Of a stretch of 64,000 bases of DNA, positions 26,834 to 40,194 are shown piece after piece. The notes beneath the pieces are model-generated. The model was given only the letters and a program-made list of their open reading frames with translations, ran no database searches and had not been told where the DNA came from. Positions within the stretch are counted from its first letter, which is position 1. Each line of letters begins with the position of its first letter. The position numbers and the translations under genes are program-made. Location: NCBI GenBank assembly GCA_973895155.1, contig OZ316897.1:14507375-14571374 (forward strand). Direction: 5' to 3'. Source of the DNA: Marsupella aquatica. Lineage: Eukaryota; Plantae; Marchantiophyta.

Positions 26834-27610
26834 GGTTTCGGTGAGAATTCCGACCGTGGATCAAATGTGCACGTCAGACAGACACTCTTCCAACTATTCT
26901 TCGATGAACAGGAATACTCCAGCAGCTAAATTGCACAGGTATCCGACTTTCTCCTTGTATATGAAAGTTGAAGCTCCAAATCAAAGAAGCGGGTGTGGTC
27001 GCTCGCTTTATATGTCAGGAAGGTCAACACTTGCTATGTCAGCAAGGTCAACATTTGCTGCTTTCCGGGACGACGTGTTGCTTCCACAGCAATTACACCA
27101 TTCTCCTAGAATGAGACGATTACCGAACACTATTTTAATAGTAGATGTCCAAACAGTTTACTTCTTATGCAAGTAAACAAACGGGAACGGGAGGTTATGT
27201 TATTCGTCACTTCTGCATTCAATCAGCTCGTGGGCTTCCGATGATTCATTTATCCCCTTGTTTTACAGCTTATTTCACTTCCGGCGAGGTGGAAGCTATG
27301 GTTTCGTTGAGAATTCCGCCCGCGGATCAAAATGTGTACCTCAGAGCAACACTCTCGAGGCAAACTTCGATGACCAGAACTACGGTAATGCATACTTGCA
27401 ATCTGCGTTGTCAGCGGGGTCCACAGGGTTGTTGTTTCCTGGGACGACGTGTCGCTTCCACAGCTTCTTCATCATGTTTTCTAAAATGAGACTAAGTACG
27501 CATGCAATCCTATATACAGTTTCCTTCTTGTGCAAGCAAAGAAACGGGAAGTAATGGGCTTCGTCACTTTCGTAGTTAGTAAGCCCGTGGTCTTCCGATA
27601 CATTGTTCAT
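26811..27610. repeat. Tandem duplication of the SDR exon 1 and upstream region
   Basis: 26811-~27250 is similar to 27277-~27610 (acttacggcgacgtggaagccatggtttcggtgagaattcc vs acttccggcgaggtggaagctatggtttcgttgagaattcc). Confidence 0.8.
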
Positions 27611-28749
27611 CCCCTTCCAACTAAAACAAGTCGGTGTAGTGCGATACGTTCATCCCGACGTTCTCCCCCACATGAAACGGATTAATAAAGACCACTCAAG
27701 GGTAGAACCCGCAAGCACTTGTCTTGATGACTTCCCAAGATGCAAGCGTCACGCACGAGACCCCGATGACAGTTTATATAATCTTTTCCTTCATGGTTTA
27801 TATAATGAAGTCAATATTTCCATCATTAGTTTTACAAACTACACACTGCTCCTTGAATTACAGGAGGGTAGATCTTCATTGTCCAGATTATCGCGAGTTT
27901 ACTCTGATAAGTGCCATTGGCGTTTCGGTGTGGATGTCTATGTGTCATTCAGCATACTCGAGGCGATTGCAATGCGTGTGAGGCACCCCGTGAAAGAATT
28001 GCATGCCCAGGACCAGGCTGAACTGAGATAAATCAGCAGTAGATCTGGATGTCTTTTGTGACAAAACGGCAAAATGCTCGACAATTTCATAGGGAATTTG
28101 AGCTGATAGTTGGACTCGCTATTTCGTGCCTCCAGTGAGGCCATTATGCATCCACCATCACTACGATGGGAAGTTACTCTCTTGTAATGCCGATCTCAGC
28201 CACTTGATTAGTATCAGTTCATGTTGGGTAGAGTATCTTGACAGTACCTCCTCCCACCTTCTGGAGAATATGGCAGAGAATACCCTTAACTCAACTCCAC
28301 GCCTTCCAAGTATGTCCCTGTATAATCCTTGAAAAGGTTAATAGTCTAAAAGACTTTTATTGATCACCTAAAACAAAATTACCATGGCCAGTAAAGATTT
28401 GCAGTTATCTGTATAACATAATCCTCATCGATCCCTCACCAGATCCTCGCGCAATTTCAACGTCATATCCTCCTTCACATGGACCTTAGCAGGAGGTCAT
28501 TATCTTGGTCTTCATTACTTCACCCCCCACCACACATATAGAAACGATAGCATGTTGGAGCTTCTTTAAATAGTGTGCCTGCATTTGTGCGTGACATCTC
28601 CAGGTGGCTCTGTGCACTTCGGAGGGAAGTAAAGTTGAGGAAGTCCTTCGTGTTGGTACGCCACAGCTGAACAAATCTTGCCGATAAGTAACTCCATTTG
28701 TATCTCGGATGAACAATCCTGCAGATGCCTACCAAGGCCGTCGCAGGGA

Positions 28750-30548
28750 TCACTTTTTGGGAAGCGGGGGAGCGGGAACAATCCCCCATTTCTTGCGCAA
28801 CTCGTCCAGATCTTCATGCAAGTACTGTTCGAAATAGATACACATGAGATCAGAAGCAGAGGTACCAGCTCTAAGTGCCCAGGGTGCATAGTGCGTGAAA
28901 AGGTAGTTCCGTTGCTTGGGTTTGAGTCTCCAGGATGCCCCTGCTACCGACAAGAAGCACATCGGAATACCAGTTTGATGAAACTCCACCATCTTTAGGG
29001 CCAATTCCCCCAGGACACTCGTTTGCAGGTTGAAAAGAACATGCCAAAAATCATGTACCTCTCTTGACCTGGTTGCAACATAGGCAAGGTCTTCTGAGTC
29101 CATAAACCGAACTGGAGGTCTGTCGTCAGGTGAGAAGTTTCGGTCACCCATGAACTTGGCATATGCTGCTCCAAATGTGTTGGTAGGCATATCCCAGGCC
29201 CGTGCCATGCTTTTCGACGTTACCCTGGGTCTCTCCAGCAAAATCTTCTGCTTATTGACAAACCATAATCCTATTGTTAGTCAAGCTGGCCGTTCAGATT
29301 ACGGCTGGAAAACCTGTTGAAAACCCAGCTCTTTTCATAGAACAGGGACGATCCACATGCATATTGGAAATATTGCTAAGTGTGCTAGCGTAGACCTATT
29401 TTATCATTAATAGGTATTGTTCACCATTCAAGCCTCGGATATAGCCCAAATTGTCTGAGAAATTGTATGTGCTTATGAACAAAGCAGCTAGCATGATCAA
29501 GTGAACAACTTCGCCAACTACTGACAACGGAGAGATCACTCACTTAAATTTGGTTGCCATGCGCCACGTACTGAGAGTGAGCAGAAATTCCTCTCATGAT
29601 CTAAAGGTGCTTGATTAAATTGATTCTTATTGATTAGAATCTAATTCGATTCCGTCGAATTGAAAGAAATTGAATACATCAAATGGCGTCACAGAAATGA
29701 ATCGAAGTTGAAATTTAATTTAACTGAATGTCACGCACTGATAAAGCCATGCAGACATACAGGGACCACACTCATTCTGCAACGACTGTCAAGGCATCCC
29801 AAGCAAATGAACGAGGAAAAGAACCAATGAACGAGTGGACTTTCCCTTGATGAGAGTTACGAGCCGCAAATACAGTAATGATTCTGATAACGAAAATAAA
29901 TGCCGTTAAGCTCTGTTCCAAGGAAACAGGTGCAAACCGAGAGGGGTAGAGGGCGCATAGAAGGACAGGCACCTGCCCCTCGTCACTTCGTCTCATTCGT
30001 GCCAGAATTCGGCGAAATGCGAGCGAACCAGTAGTTTCACCCAAAGCAGCAACCAGATCGGCCCTTGTGGGGTTCAGTGCTGCTCCTACAGCTGCTCCTG
30101 CAGCAACAGCTGCCTGCTGCCAGGCATTTAACGGAACCCTAGCCCCTTGCCACGGCTGAAACCCTCGTCCTCCTAGCTCTGCTTCTCCTCCCAATGTCGT
30201 TCCCTTCTCCCCTTCCTCGGACGCTCCATCAATTGCCCTAAACTCATGCTCTTCCGATCCCCTAACAATTCTCTCCTCAGCTCGAAATGCTGTAGACTCT
30301 GTCCCTGCCGCAAAGCTCCTCACACAATGTCCAATGCTATCTCGTGTTCCACATACATCTCTACATGTTGGCTTCAATCGGGTAGCCCTAAGAATTCCAG
30401 CTCTACAATCTCCTGTTCCTTTTCCATCAAAATTTGCTGAACTGTGTGCAATGCCAGCGAACAAACCATGCGCCCCTTGTTGCCCAGAAGCCTTCAATTT
30501 GACCAAATGTAAACAATTCCGTAAAGCTCGTAATTCATTTCGTCTCAT
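28750..30548 (-). CDS. COQ4: Ubiquinone biosynthesis protein COQ4, mitochondrial (2 exons)
   Basis: Exons 30548-29973 and 29247-28750 (357 aa). Motifs [23 protein letters not shown] and the metal motif HDFWH-x11-E. The N-terminus is Arg-rich. Confidence 0.93.
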
Positions 30549-31230
30549 ACTTGCCCTGATAAGCCGAGTTCTGTTGATCCGTCAAGCTGCGGCAGCTCAA
30601 AAACTTAGACGGGATCCCGTTCGACCTATGTCCAAACTTTGGCAGCGATGCTTCGACAACAATTAAACCCCGCTCGTGACACTCCTTGCGGTTACTCTAA
30701 ACCCTCCTTTGTGCCTCTACCCCATCATCACATAGAGACTTCCAATCTTCAGGGGCTTCGCTTGTTCACGGAAGCAGCTGACCGGCCGGGCAATTGCGGT
30801 GTTTCTTCAAGCTATCGAATCGATCACAATAATCGCCTCTCGTGCCTGTGCACATAACTGTGCCGACTCAATGTGCGCAAATGGTCATCGCAATGCTCGT
30901 GCTCTACACTGCATTTTGCGCAATTCTGCGCGAAGCTGGTTCATTCTGTGCATTCATCTTGCTTGCAAAGAAACTTTATGGGTTTACGAATTCGAGTCTC
31001 CCTCTCACCTGAATTGAGAAATCGTGTCGGATTTGTGCTCCATTGGGTGAGATTGAATCACGAACTCAGGGAACAAGGTCAGGAGGACTCAGGGAAGCGT
31101 GAGTTAATGGAGAAAAGGCAGAAAGAATTTAAAGCCATTTCCATTGGCAGTTGAGGGGGCTTAAGAGCGTTCCCACCTAATTTTTAAGGTTTTTCCTGTT
31201 CGCAAGGTGTGCGGGAGTAGATGCTCAGCA

Positions 31231-31508
31231 TATTCCTCATCTGATTTTGCTACCATGACATAGCCCTAGATTTAAATATAGTCAGAATCTGGCTAATGGG
31301 GGTTTAGTTATACTGAATTGATTACCAAAGTGCACAAGTTGTCAAAAAGAACAAGGAACTCAAGGTACAAGATACCCTATTCCTCATCTGATTTTGCTAC
31401 CATGACATATTCCTAGATTCCAGTATAGTCAGAATCTGGCTGTTGGGGGTTTAGTTATACTGAATTGATTTACCAAAGTGCGAAAGTTGTCAAAAAGAAC
31501 AAGGAACT
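31231..31508. repeat. 147-bp tandem duplication, with a dispersed partial copy at 52466-52533
   Basis: tattcctcatctgattttgctacc starts at 31231 and 31378. ttatactgaattgattaccaaagtgc...gtacaagatac also occurs in a PQ-loop gene intron. Confidence 0.85.
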
Positions 31509-32555
31509 GCAAATTTGACACCTACAAATTTTCAAAGAGGGGTGTTTAGTTTTCGTGCTAAGATTCCACTCACCTTTCTACCCTGTACTATATGAGCACA
31601 AAAGAGGGTTTACTATTGAAAAAGTCAATCCGAGCATTTTGGATAAAAAGGAGGTACATCCTGACTGCGATTTAAGAGCGAGTTACTATACACTTAATAA
31701 TGTGAGTTGACAACAATTAGTTTGGACCAGAAAAATATGGATCAAACTGCTACAGAGAACCATTTGGACTTTGGATGCAAAACGGAACCATTTGGACTTT
31801 GGAAGCAAATACCTACAGTAGAAGTTTCCATTACATGCATTGCCTCGAGACTGAGCTGTTGGACAGTGGTCATCTTATAAATTCTTTCCTTCCCATCGTT
31901 CTACACAGCAAGGAGGATGCCTTGCCCACAAAGACGTGCATAATCCTGTGTTTGCAATTCTCAGATGAATTTTTGGCATGATTGATCAGGAAACCGGCAC
32001 GCTGGTGGTTGTCATGATGTCGGAATGATTGACTAGAGAGCGGACAAACTTTGTTTTCGGCTACTCTCCTGTGCAATGTGCCCAAGAACAGGTAGGAACA
32101 ATGTGTAGGCTCATTCTACATTTCGAACACTGACTGGAAGAGTGCAGGATGTTGGGATCGGAAGCAGGGCTGAGATTTTGTAGCACAAGCAGATTGGAAG
32201 CAATAACAGATCGGAAGGGACTTATTTTGAAGTACGACCAATCTCTACTTTATTTGTGATCTGAATGTCCGAATCACTTGAGACTGTAACCTTTGTTGCG
32301 CATGGTTTTTCACTGAGGATTCTATGATTTCTTGAGGAAAGGATTGGATTCAGGATCGGAACATATGGGCTTGGTGGCAACTTTAATGCAGTGTGTGCAC
32401 GGTGAGCATTCGAAGGTTGTGGGCATATCATGGGACTGAACCAATGCATTCGATACCGTTTTCGTAGAGATACTCCCACCACCTCGATGGGTTGTTGAAG
32501 CCCTCTAGGGTTTTAATCCATTCTATAATTCCATAGCTTCCCAGTTTTTGTCTAA

Positions 32556-33809
32556 ATGAAGGAAGCTCCCATGGCCGATCAAAGTCCATTAGAGAAAGTT
32601 GAGATCGAATCAACACCGCGAACCCCGTCACGTCCTCATTCACCAAAATGGCCTCATCCTGGAGGAGGGGGATGGGGTGAGAGGGCATGGACAAAAGAAC
32701 CGGTCTACTGCAGATCACACGGTCCACCGCCCTTCGTGGACCCAAGAGCAATTCGGGATGTCTTCCCAAAGAGAAAAGAATGGGAGGCCCAATTTCCCCA
32801 GCCAGTCGTTGACCTCCATTGTGAGTTCCACGGAAATAAGACACAAGATTATTTCCAAAGGGAATTGAGACGGATCTCTCGAACACGACTCTCTCTGACC
32901 AAAGATGTACCTGCTCCTACCCTGGAGGACTTTTTGCAAGAGAAACAGAAAAAGATTGAGAGAGCAATCAGTAATCAAAGAGAGCGCGATAGGAAATCTT
33001 TAAGGATTATTCATAAACTTGAAAAGGAAAACCTAGAGAAGCATGATTCACAAAGTAATAAGGAGTTGGGACAAAAAAGGGTTGCCGAAGGACATCGAAG
33101 ACCGTTAAAAGGAGCAGAAGAGGCTGTATTGCCGAAACAGCTGAAGAAGGGTCTACAAGACAAGCAAATTGCAGACAGACATAAAAATCCAATTCTGTAC
33201 GTAGACGCTCAAACCTTGAGCAAGATTGGTGAGGAAGAGGTTAGAAAAGTATACAATTCCATGTCTAAAGATGTACATGTAGGATTTAAAGATGGTTACG
33301 TTACTAGCAAAGGAGAGAAAAGGGGTTTGAAGACAGATCCATGGAGCCGTGAAATTCAAAATACCGGAGGAAAATTCGTATACAGTAAAACTCATAAGCA
33401 GATGCACAAGCCCGCCGCTGACAAAATGCGATTCGACGATACGAGCCCACTTTCTAAACTCGAGGAACATGCTGTCACCTCTCAAGTTCCCAATGATGGC
33501 AGAGAAATCTCAGAGGAGTTCGAGGGCAGAGTAGACACGTTTCCTGGTAGCCCTCTTAGTATAGTGGGCGCTGTCAAGCCAGGTATCAACCAACCTTATC
33601 AATGGATTTCAATTCCACAAACTCTAAGCCCTGCCCCGGTTCACATTGAAGACCCTTATCATTATTCAGCTTCTTATGGTCCGCCTCAGAAAGGAAGGAA
33701 TCCAACATCAGCTGTGACAGTCCCTGTAACTCTATTGTCATCTCCAATACTCCTCGGATACCATGACACTTACAAAATGCCCACTCTACCGATTCTTGTT
33801 GGACACTAG
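32556..33809 (+). CDS. Hypothetical protein, 417 aa, intronless
   Basis: 1254-bp ATG-initiated ORF with a Pro-rich N-terminus, a charged coiled-coil-like centre and a Pro-rich C-terminus. No family recognised. Confidence 0.65.
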   Translation: MKEAPMADQSPLEKVEIESTPRTPSRPHSPKWPHPGGGGWGERAWTKEPVYCRSHGPPPFVDPRAIRDVFPKRKEWEAQFPQPVVDLHCEFHGNKTQDYFQRELRRISRTRLSLTKDVPAPTLEDFLQEKQKKIERAISNQRERDRKSLRIIHKLEKENLEKHDSQSNKELGQKRVAEGHRRPLKGAEEAVLPKQLKKGLQDKQIADRHKNPILYVDAQTLSKIGEEEVRKVYNSMSKDVHVGFKDGYVTSKGEKRGLKTDPWSREIQNTGGKFVYSKTHKQMHKPAADKMRFDDTSPLSKLEEHAVTSQVPNDGREISEEFEGRVDTFPGSPLSIVGAVKPGINQPYQWISIPQTLSPAPVHIEDPYHYSASYGPPQKGRNPTSAVTVPVTLLSSPILLGYHDTYKMPTLPILVGH

Positions 33810-35266
33810 TTCGGGTTTCACTGCACCAGGAACAGGTTGAGATGTTCTCACTCCAAGAATAATTGACTACTACAGTAGCTGATTGATGTTCTCACCCAGT
33901 CACATGTCATTTGTGTGTATAAAATGCTAAAGATGTTTCCCCTTTTCCTAAACCTTTTCTTGTTGCTCCGAAGGTTTTGCTAGAAAATTTGCAGCTAGAT
34001 ATACCGTGCATAGCCCATGAAAATAATATAGCACATGGAATAGTGAGACACAGTAATTGTGCATCACACAGTCTGCTTCAATTTCCAAAGGGAGTTGAAA
34101 CAATAATTCATGTTTCTCAGACTGGCAACAAAATCAAACATCAGGTCTGATTATCGAGCCGATTTCGGATACACTATGCCCAGTCTTTGCACACTGTTCT
34201 CGTACCATGCTTCATTCGTGCACAACTGTACATTCTTGCTGTCTACTGGTTCGTACTAGAGCCCTTTCACTACGATCAACGGTCTTGAATCAATTCTGTT
34301 AGTAACAGTCTAGGCCAATTCCTCATTGGAACTACAATTGGGTTTGACTAATGCCTTCAAATAATATGGCACAGACCTAAGATTTCTACGGGATATGAAT
34401 ACCTTTTGGAACGGACAAACCTGCTCACTCCTCGCAGGAAGCCCATTCTTCATATTCATTAAAGAAAATAGCCTTAAAATCATTCCATTGGGCACGAAGT
34501 AAAACATGGCGACACGTAATAGTAGTAAATTGTGGAAGACTTCTCTTGATAAGAGTTGGAAATGAAATTGTGTGCATATTTAGCTCATCAACAGACCACG
34601 TTATGTATGTCTCTATGAGAAGCTCGCACCAAATTCTCTGCGTCTAATGGTCAAAACAAAGGACTCGTTCGGGAATCCATAATATAGTACTACTTCCCGA
34701 GTAAATTCCTTTCAAAAATGGTAAAACAATGACGTTGCAACGCAATAAAGAGATCAGAAAAGGGGTGCAGAAAAGCAAAAGAAACGATACCGATATGTCC
34801 ATTTTAAATTCATGACATGAATCGTGCTGCACCTTCGAGCCCTGTGATAAAGCAACTGACATAGATCGTTGGTTCATGAAACTTTTATGTACTTATTACA
34901 CTGGGAGTCGGAACTACCACAACTAGGGCCAGACCCTCGACTACAAAAATTATGTTCCACTCCCTAGGCATATGCTAAGAATGTGGGAAACAGAAATTGC
35001 CAGAGCCAACAAGGAGTAGAAGACTCTACAACCTTCTCCCTTCACAGCGGAGCGTCGTTCTGAAATTGCACCATATGAATTTCTGTCGGCAAATTCCAGC
35101 AGAAAGCCCAGCTTATAAGTAGCGATATGCCTTCAATTACTGATGGTAGCTCTATGGGCAGAGGCTGTTGAGGGAATCGTCTTGGCCCCATAAACCCAGC
35201 CAAGCCAGGAGCTCGGATTCCGGAGAGAATACAAGTGGAGAGGATTTACACAAAAAATTTAGGAAA

Positions 35267-38200
35267 TTACAGTGATTCTAAGAACTGGGTAGCTGTGAGA
35301 TCCAGCTCCTGCTTCACGATACAGGTCAGCAACCAATCCGAGTTAAACGTACGAAGGCCTCCTTTGGCCACAGATATTGCATCCGACATGTCTTCTTCGG
35401 TTGCGACAACTGCCGCGTGGGATTTATCTTCGAGTTGTAACGCTTCTTCAATGCTCTCCAAGACCTGTTGACAGATCGAACAGGAAGCTGATTGTCTAAG
35501 AATGCTGAGAAAGCAACCGCCTTTAGTCTGTTTGGGTTCTCACCCTCTTCATGTTTAACAGAGACTGTGGATTGAGTATTTAAATATTACTTTGTTTTTG
35601 AAGATAGTCTTGTCAGAGAAGCCAAACACAGTGAGTAATTGCGTACAATTGATGTACCTTTCCACCGGCAGCCTCAACTATTTGAGAAATCGTATCCTCT
35701 GGCGGATGTATGTGACGCGTCAGATAAAGCGACATTCCATTTAGCAACAGATTTGGGCGTTCCTTGGCTCGACGAATGACGTCTTCAAGTTTCACTTTGT
35801 ACTTGGCCTCAAATTTTCTATCTCTTAGAACAAAACGCGCCTCATCTACAGGTCGCACGGGAAGCATATTAGAATTTGGGAACAATCTTTAGCTAACTTT
35901 AGCTCCCAACACTACATTAAACGCGAGCACTATGTGCTGTGACAGTGCAGTTCGCTAATTTAAGTTCATGCAATACGAAGGAGCAAGTCAGAGATCGAGA
36001 CGACTTATTCACTGGACATGGAAAAATGCCTATGTTTTCAAGCCATACTTAGAAAGCAACTACCACCTTGCGAATTTCCATGAAAATTGCCTGATAGAAC
36101 ACATACCTGCAAAGTTTTTCTGCTTCACGCTAGTCTTGAGCCACTCGGGGGAGAGGATCCAAGCGCTACAAGATCATGACATCTTATGTTAGTCTCTGCT
36201 TTGTTAAGGCGTCTACTTAAGAGCTGGCTGCGAAGAGACAAATTCCTTCGGACGACCTTCAAAAAATATTGGTGCGAAAAGTGCACGATGCAACAAGGGA
36301 GTTTAGAACATGTGTACTGGCAACACATGCCTCACTGAACCTACTTCACCTCTCGTCACATCGAAGAATGCAAATTTATACATGTGCACTGGCATACTCA
36401 TTCAATCCACTTCAACTCTCGTCCAATCTAAGAATGCAGATTATGTGTTGTTAAAGGAGTACAACGCAAGCCGTCAAAAGGAAGGGGACTGTGGTATTAC
36501 CCCGAAGAGATTGCGACACAGAAATTCAGGGTCCGACGAACTTCACCCGTCACCACATGAGTGCACTTGCATCCATCACTTGTCACCGTCCCTGATAATC
36601 TCTCAACATACTGGACAAAAAGAATGAATACTTTTGTAAGTGAACACAAGCAGGTCACAATAAGCTAACACTTGAGTACGGATTGCACCTAATAAATGAA
36701 GCATCAATTACGCTTTCAGTACTTGTCAGAATTTGGGACAGTTGGAGGAGTTGTACCCAGACTGGAGGAGACTTTTCACATATACTGTATTATCGTTACC
36801 TTTATGAGCTGTTTCTTTTTCTTCTCATCCGCCATATTCATGAACATGATTACAGGGCTTGCTTTCTTCAAGGGCTGATCCGCTGCTTCACAAGAATTAA
36901 TCTCTTCTGGAGCGAGTTTCTGTGGACCTTGTAACCCACCCAATTCAACGTGATAACTTTCGTGGACTGGAGCACCAACAGATCTCCCGGTAGGGTCAGC
37001 TTCTGTTGTGGAAGGTCTTTGTAGTTCAACATGTGTCTCGGGATTTGTGCGATCAGCTGAGTTTGCAATGCCTGTCCCATTCGTACCTCCCTCAGATTCT
37101 GTGTCAGCTCTTGTACCAGACTTCTCCACAAGCACTGCAGTGCGCCTTGCTGTCGCTTGTTTGGACAACAGAAGTTCAAACATTTCCTTTACTCCATCTT
37201 CAAGCAGATCGTTCTCACTTCTCTCAGTTCGCTTGTTTTCCCGGTCTTCAGTCCCTTCTGCCATCCGGCGCCTAGTTGATCGTCGAGTGGACATGCTCAT
37301 CTGAGCTTCAGACTCCCTGCCACGCTTACCTCCAGTTTTCTCCTCAAGAGAAACAGCGGGGATGGATTCACAATCCGTCCCACTCTTTGGAGCTTCCTTG
37401 ACTTCATTATCCTTGTCCAAAGCTACTTCAGAATTTGCTTCTCTCGGAACTTCAGAAGGAGAGACTTCAGGTTCCCTTCGACGTCTGCGTCCACTCCTTC
37501 TCGGCGGACTAGACGTTGACATCTTGAGATTAGCTGGAGATCTTGCCTTACCTGTCTTTGATTCCGTTTCTACTACATTTTCTTTCTCTCCATCCAAAGT
37601 TATTGTTATCTCTTCTGTAGGAACATCTGCACAAACATGCGGCTCATTGGAGGCTGATAAAAAAATCTATCACTGCAAAATGTCTTGACTGGTAGTAGGG
37701 TAGAAACTTACTTGATTTTTGGGGGTTACTTCTCAGAACTGGGCGCTTCTTGAGGGGCCTGTTCACAGCGTTGAGAGCAGGCATCGAGTTGGTAGTGTCT
37801 GCTAGAGGCGGCCTAACAATTTCGACTGAGGCAGGTTCTATATGGTTTGAGACATTCTCCTTGAGATCTTCGGAAGCTACCGTGGTAAACATCCCTTCCA
37901 TATTGAGAGGGGTTATATGTGGCCTAAAATTCTGTTCTCTACCTGCTGACTCTCTAATAGCCGGCTCAGGTGTGACAGTGTTGATGTGACTCGATTTGCT
38001 CTCTCCTCCAACTTGAGGGGTTGGAACTGACATGGGAGATAACTTCTGGCCAGCTGTTTCTCCATTAGCTGGACGGGGATCGAGTCTAGGAGAAGACTTT
38101 TCCACTGCCGTCTTAGAAGTTTCCAACGAAGTCTTCCCAGAAATTTCACCTAAAGTCATGTCATTAGCCATGCCATCTAGAGATCGAGGTCCTGGAGAAG

Positions 38201-40194
38201 CTGGTTGGAAGGATGGGGAACTCAAATAAGAAATCATAAGGGTAGCACTACCAGGGATGCTCATGGCCCTCCTTACATCGGCTTTGATGGGAAGCTTCCA
38301 GGGCTTCCCACGACCATCTACTTCAGCTACAGTGACGAAGGCCTGTTTGGCCCAAAAGGCTTCTGACTCTTGATCTCCCCAACAGAAAATGGATAGCACT
38401 CCCACGTCGAACAGTCTTCTTTGGAGCTCCTTGTACAGGCAAGCACCGAATCCCTGAGATGTGGATCTTTGTTAGGCCTTGTTGCTGCAAGTTTTCTTCT
38501 CAAATCACTACTAAGTCCGAGGAGCTGACCAAATGACAAGCATCCAAAAGCGAATCAAAATAAGAGGATCTTGCAGCAAGGGATGGAGACAGCGTAGTCG
38601 ATCTTTGATCATACCTTTCGCTGATGCGCTTGAGCAACAGCACCTAGAGGAAGTTCTGCCTGATTTGTGTCAGTCGGCAGCATTTGATACGTCATGGCCC
38701 CAATGAGCTGAACAGAACCAGTCAATTGGTGAATAAGAGGTTTGATCTGCAGCAGCACATTTCTCTAGGATCTACAGAACAGACGGGGAAAACGGCTTCA
38801 AGCTGGGGTTTATGTATGAAGTATACAAAGAGAGCACTTTCTCTGACCGATACTGAAAGACCGAGTGCTGCTAATGGATGCAACTGTATGTTCCAAATTA
38901 TCTGACTTATGCCATGTGTATTAGTTAAGTCACGCCTATGGAGTAAGTGAGGAGAGAGTCGTACCTCTAGTTCTGGATTTCTCAGGATGAGTGTGCAGTA
39001 CTTTCTGCAAAAAAGCATAGTATCAACACCTGTTAATTTAGCCAATGTCTCCGTACGTGCTAGACAATGGGACTCAACATTTCACACCAGACAGCAGTTT
39101 CTCTGCCACGAGATGACTTGATGGTTTGTCTCGAATTCTGTCTGATAAGATATTGAACACATACCCGCCAAATATGCAATTATCAAGGAATCGAGACTCC
39201 TTTCCAGTATTGGCAGCATATTTCATTGCTGGGAGCTCTTGAGTGTAAAGCTTAAGGACATCCTGTAATGAACACGCAACGACTCACAAGAAATCAGTTA
39301 TCCGCTTCGATGATTTAAAAACAGACAATAGAGAGTTGCTGACTCGTATGGAAAAGTACCTGAAGGAGCTGCTTTCCGACCCCATCCAGGCTCTTCGGAT
39401 TGAGAAGAGTGAAAGTGAATCCTGCCAGGGCAATGGGGGACTCCTTGGCAACTGTCACACAGGAAACAGAACTGTCAGTAGCGATTACGGAAAATAATAT
39501 TCTTCCTATCTTTAAAGATCTCTTGTTGGTCGCAGATCACAAAGAATTTGAGAGTGTATAATTTTAACGACATATCCCAAGTTGCCTGAAGTTAACGAGT
39601 GCTTAACACGTGTTCTCAACCTCTCCAACTACTCTTCAGTACATCCCGCCCACTTGACTCAACTCTGGGCTGGTACTGAGAGTACGTGGGGAGACTAAGG
39701 GGAAATGAATGGCTAGTACTAAAGGCTTCCAGATTGGAACTATCTCCTCCTGCGTGTTCGAGATAACAAATCATCGAGCCAAATTGTAGAGACCACTGAC
39801 CTTTGACGCTGATAGAACAAGCATCTGAGAAGTTGATGCAGAGCCCCTCAGCATCTGAACTGGATGCCAAAGAAGCCGGAAACTCAACTCGACAGTTCCC
39901 TGTCAATATCCACCGACGAGAAAATACCCGTGCAGTGAGTAAACTGGCAATGCAATATACCAATACACTCAATTTCTGGTGAGTGCAATCCCCGAAGTGA
40001 ATACGCTTGGGGCGCTTGGCTTTACAGGGCAGCATGAAATTGTGAGAAGGCATGGATAGGTGCAGACCAAACAGACATCAAGGCTGTTTTCGATTCTTAC
40101 CTATTGAGACGGTGGTCTTAACAGGTTCTTGAGGTGGGCCACGCTTTTTAGGAGGACGCCCTCGTCCTCTTTTACCAGGCTCCTGTAATGTCAT
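35267..40194 (-). CDS. AT-hook + GNAT acetyltransferase + tandem BRCT protein (At2g41450/BCP2-like), multi-exon
   Basis: Exons encode MTLQEPGKRGRGRPPKK; DVLKLYTQELPAMKYAANTGKES; IGAMTYQMLPTDTNQAELPLGAV; GFGACLYKELQRRLFDVGVLSIFCWGDQESEAFW; and BRCT segments CTHVVTGEVRRTLNFC, WILSPEWLKTS and FNSDWLLTCIVKQELD. The start codon is tentative. Confidence 0.82.
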
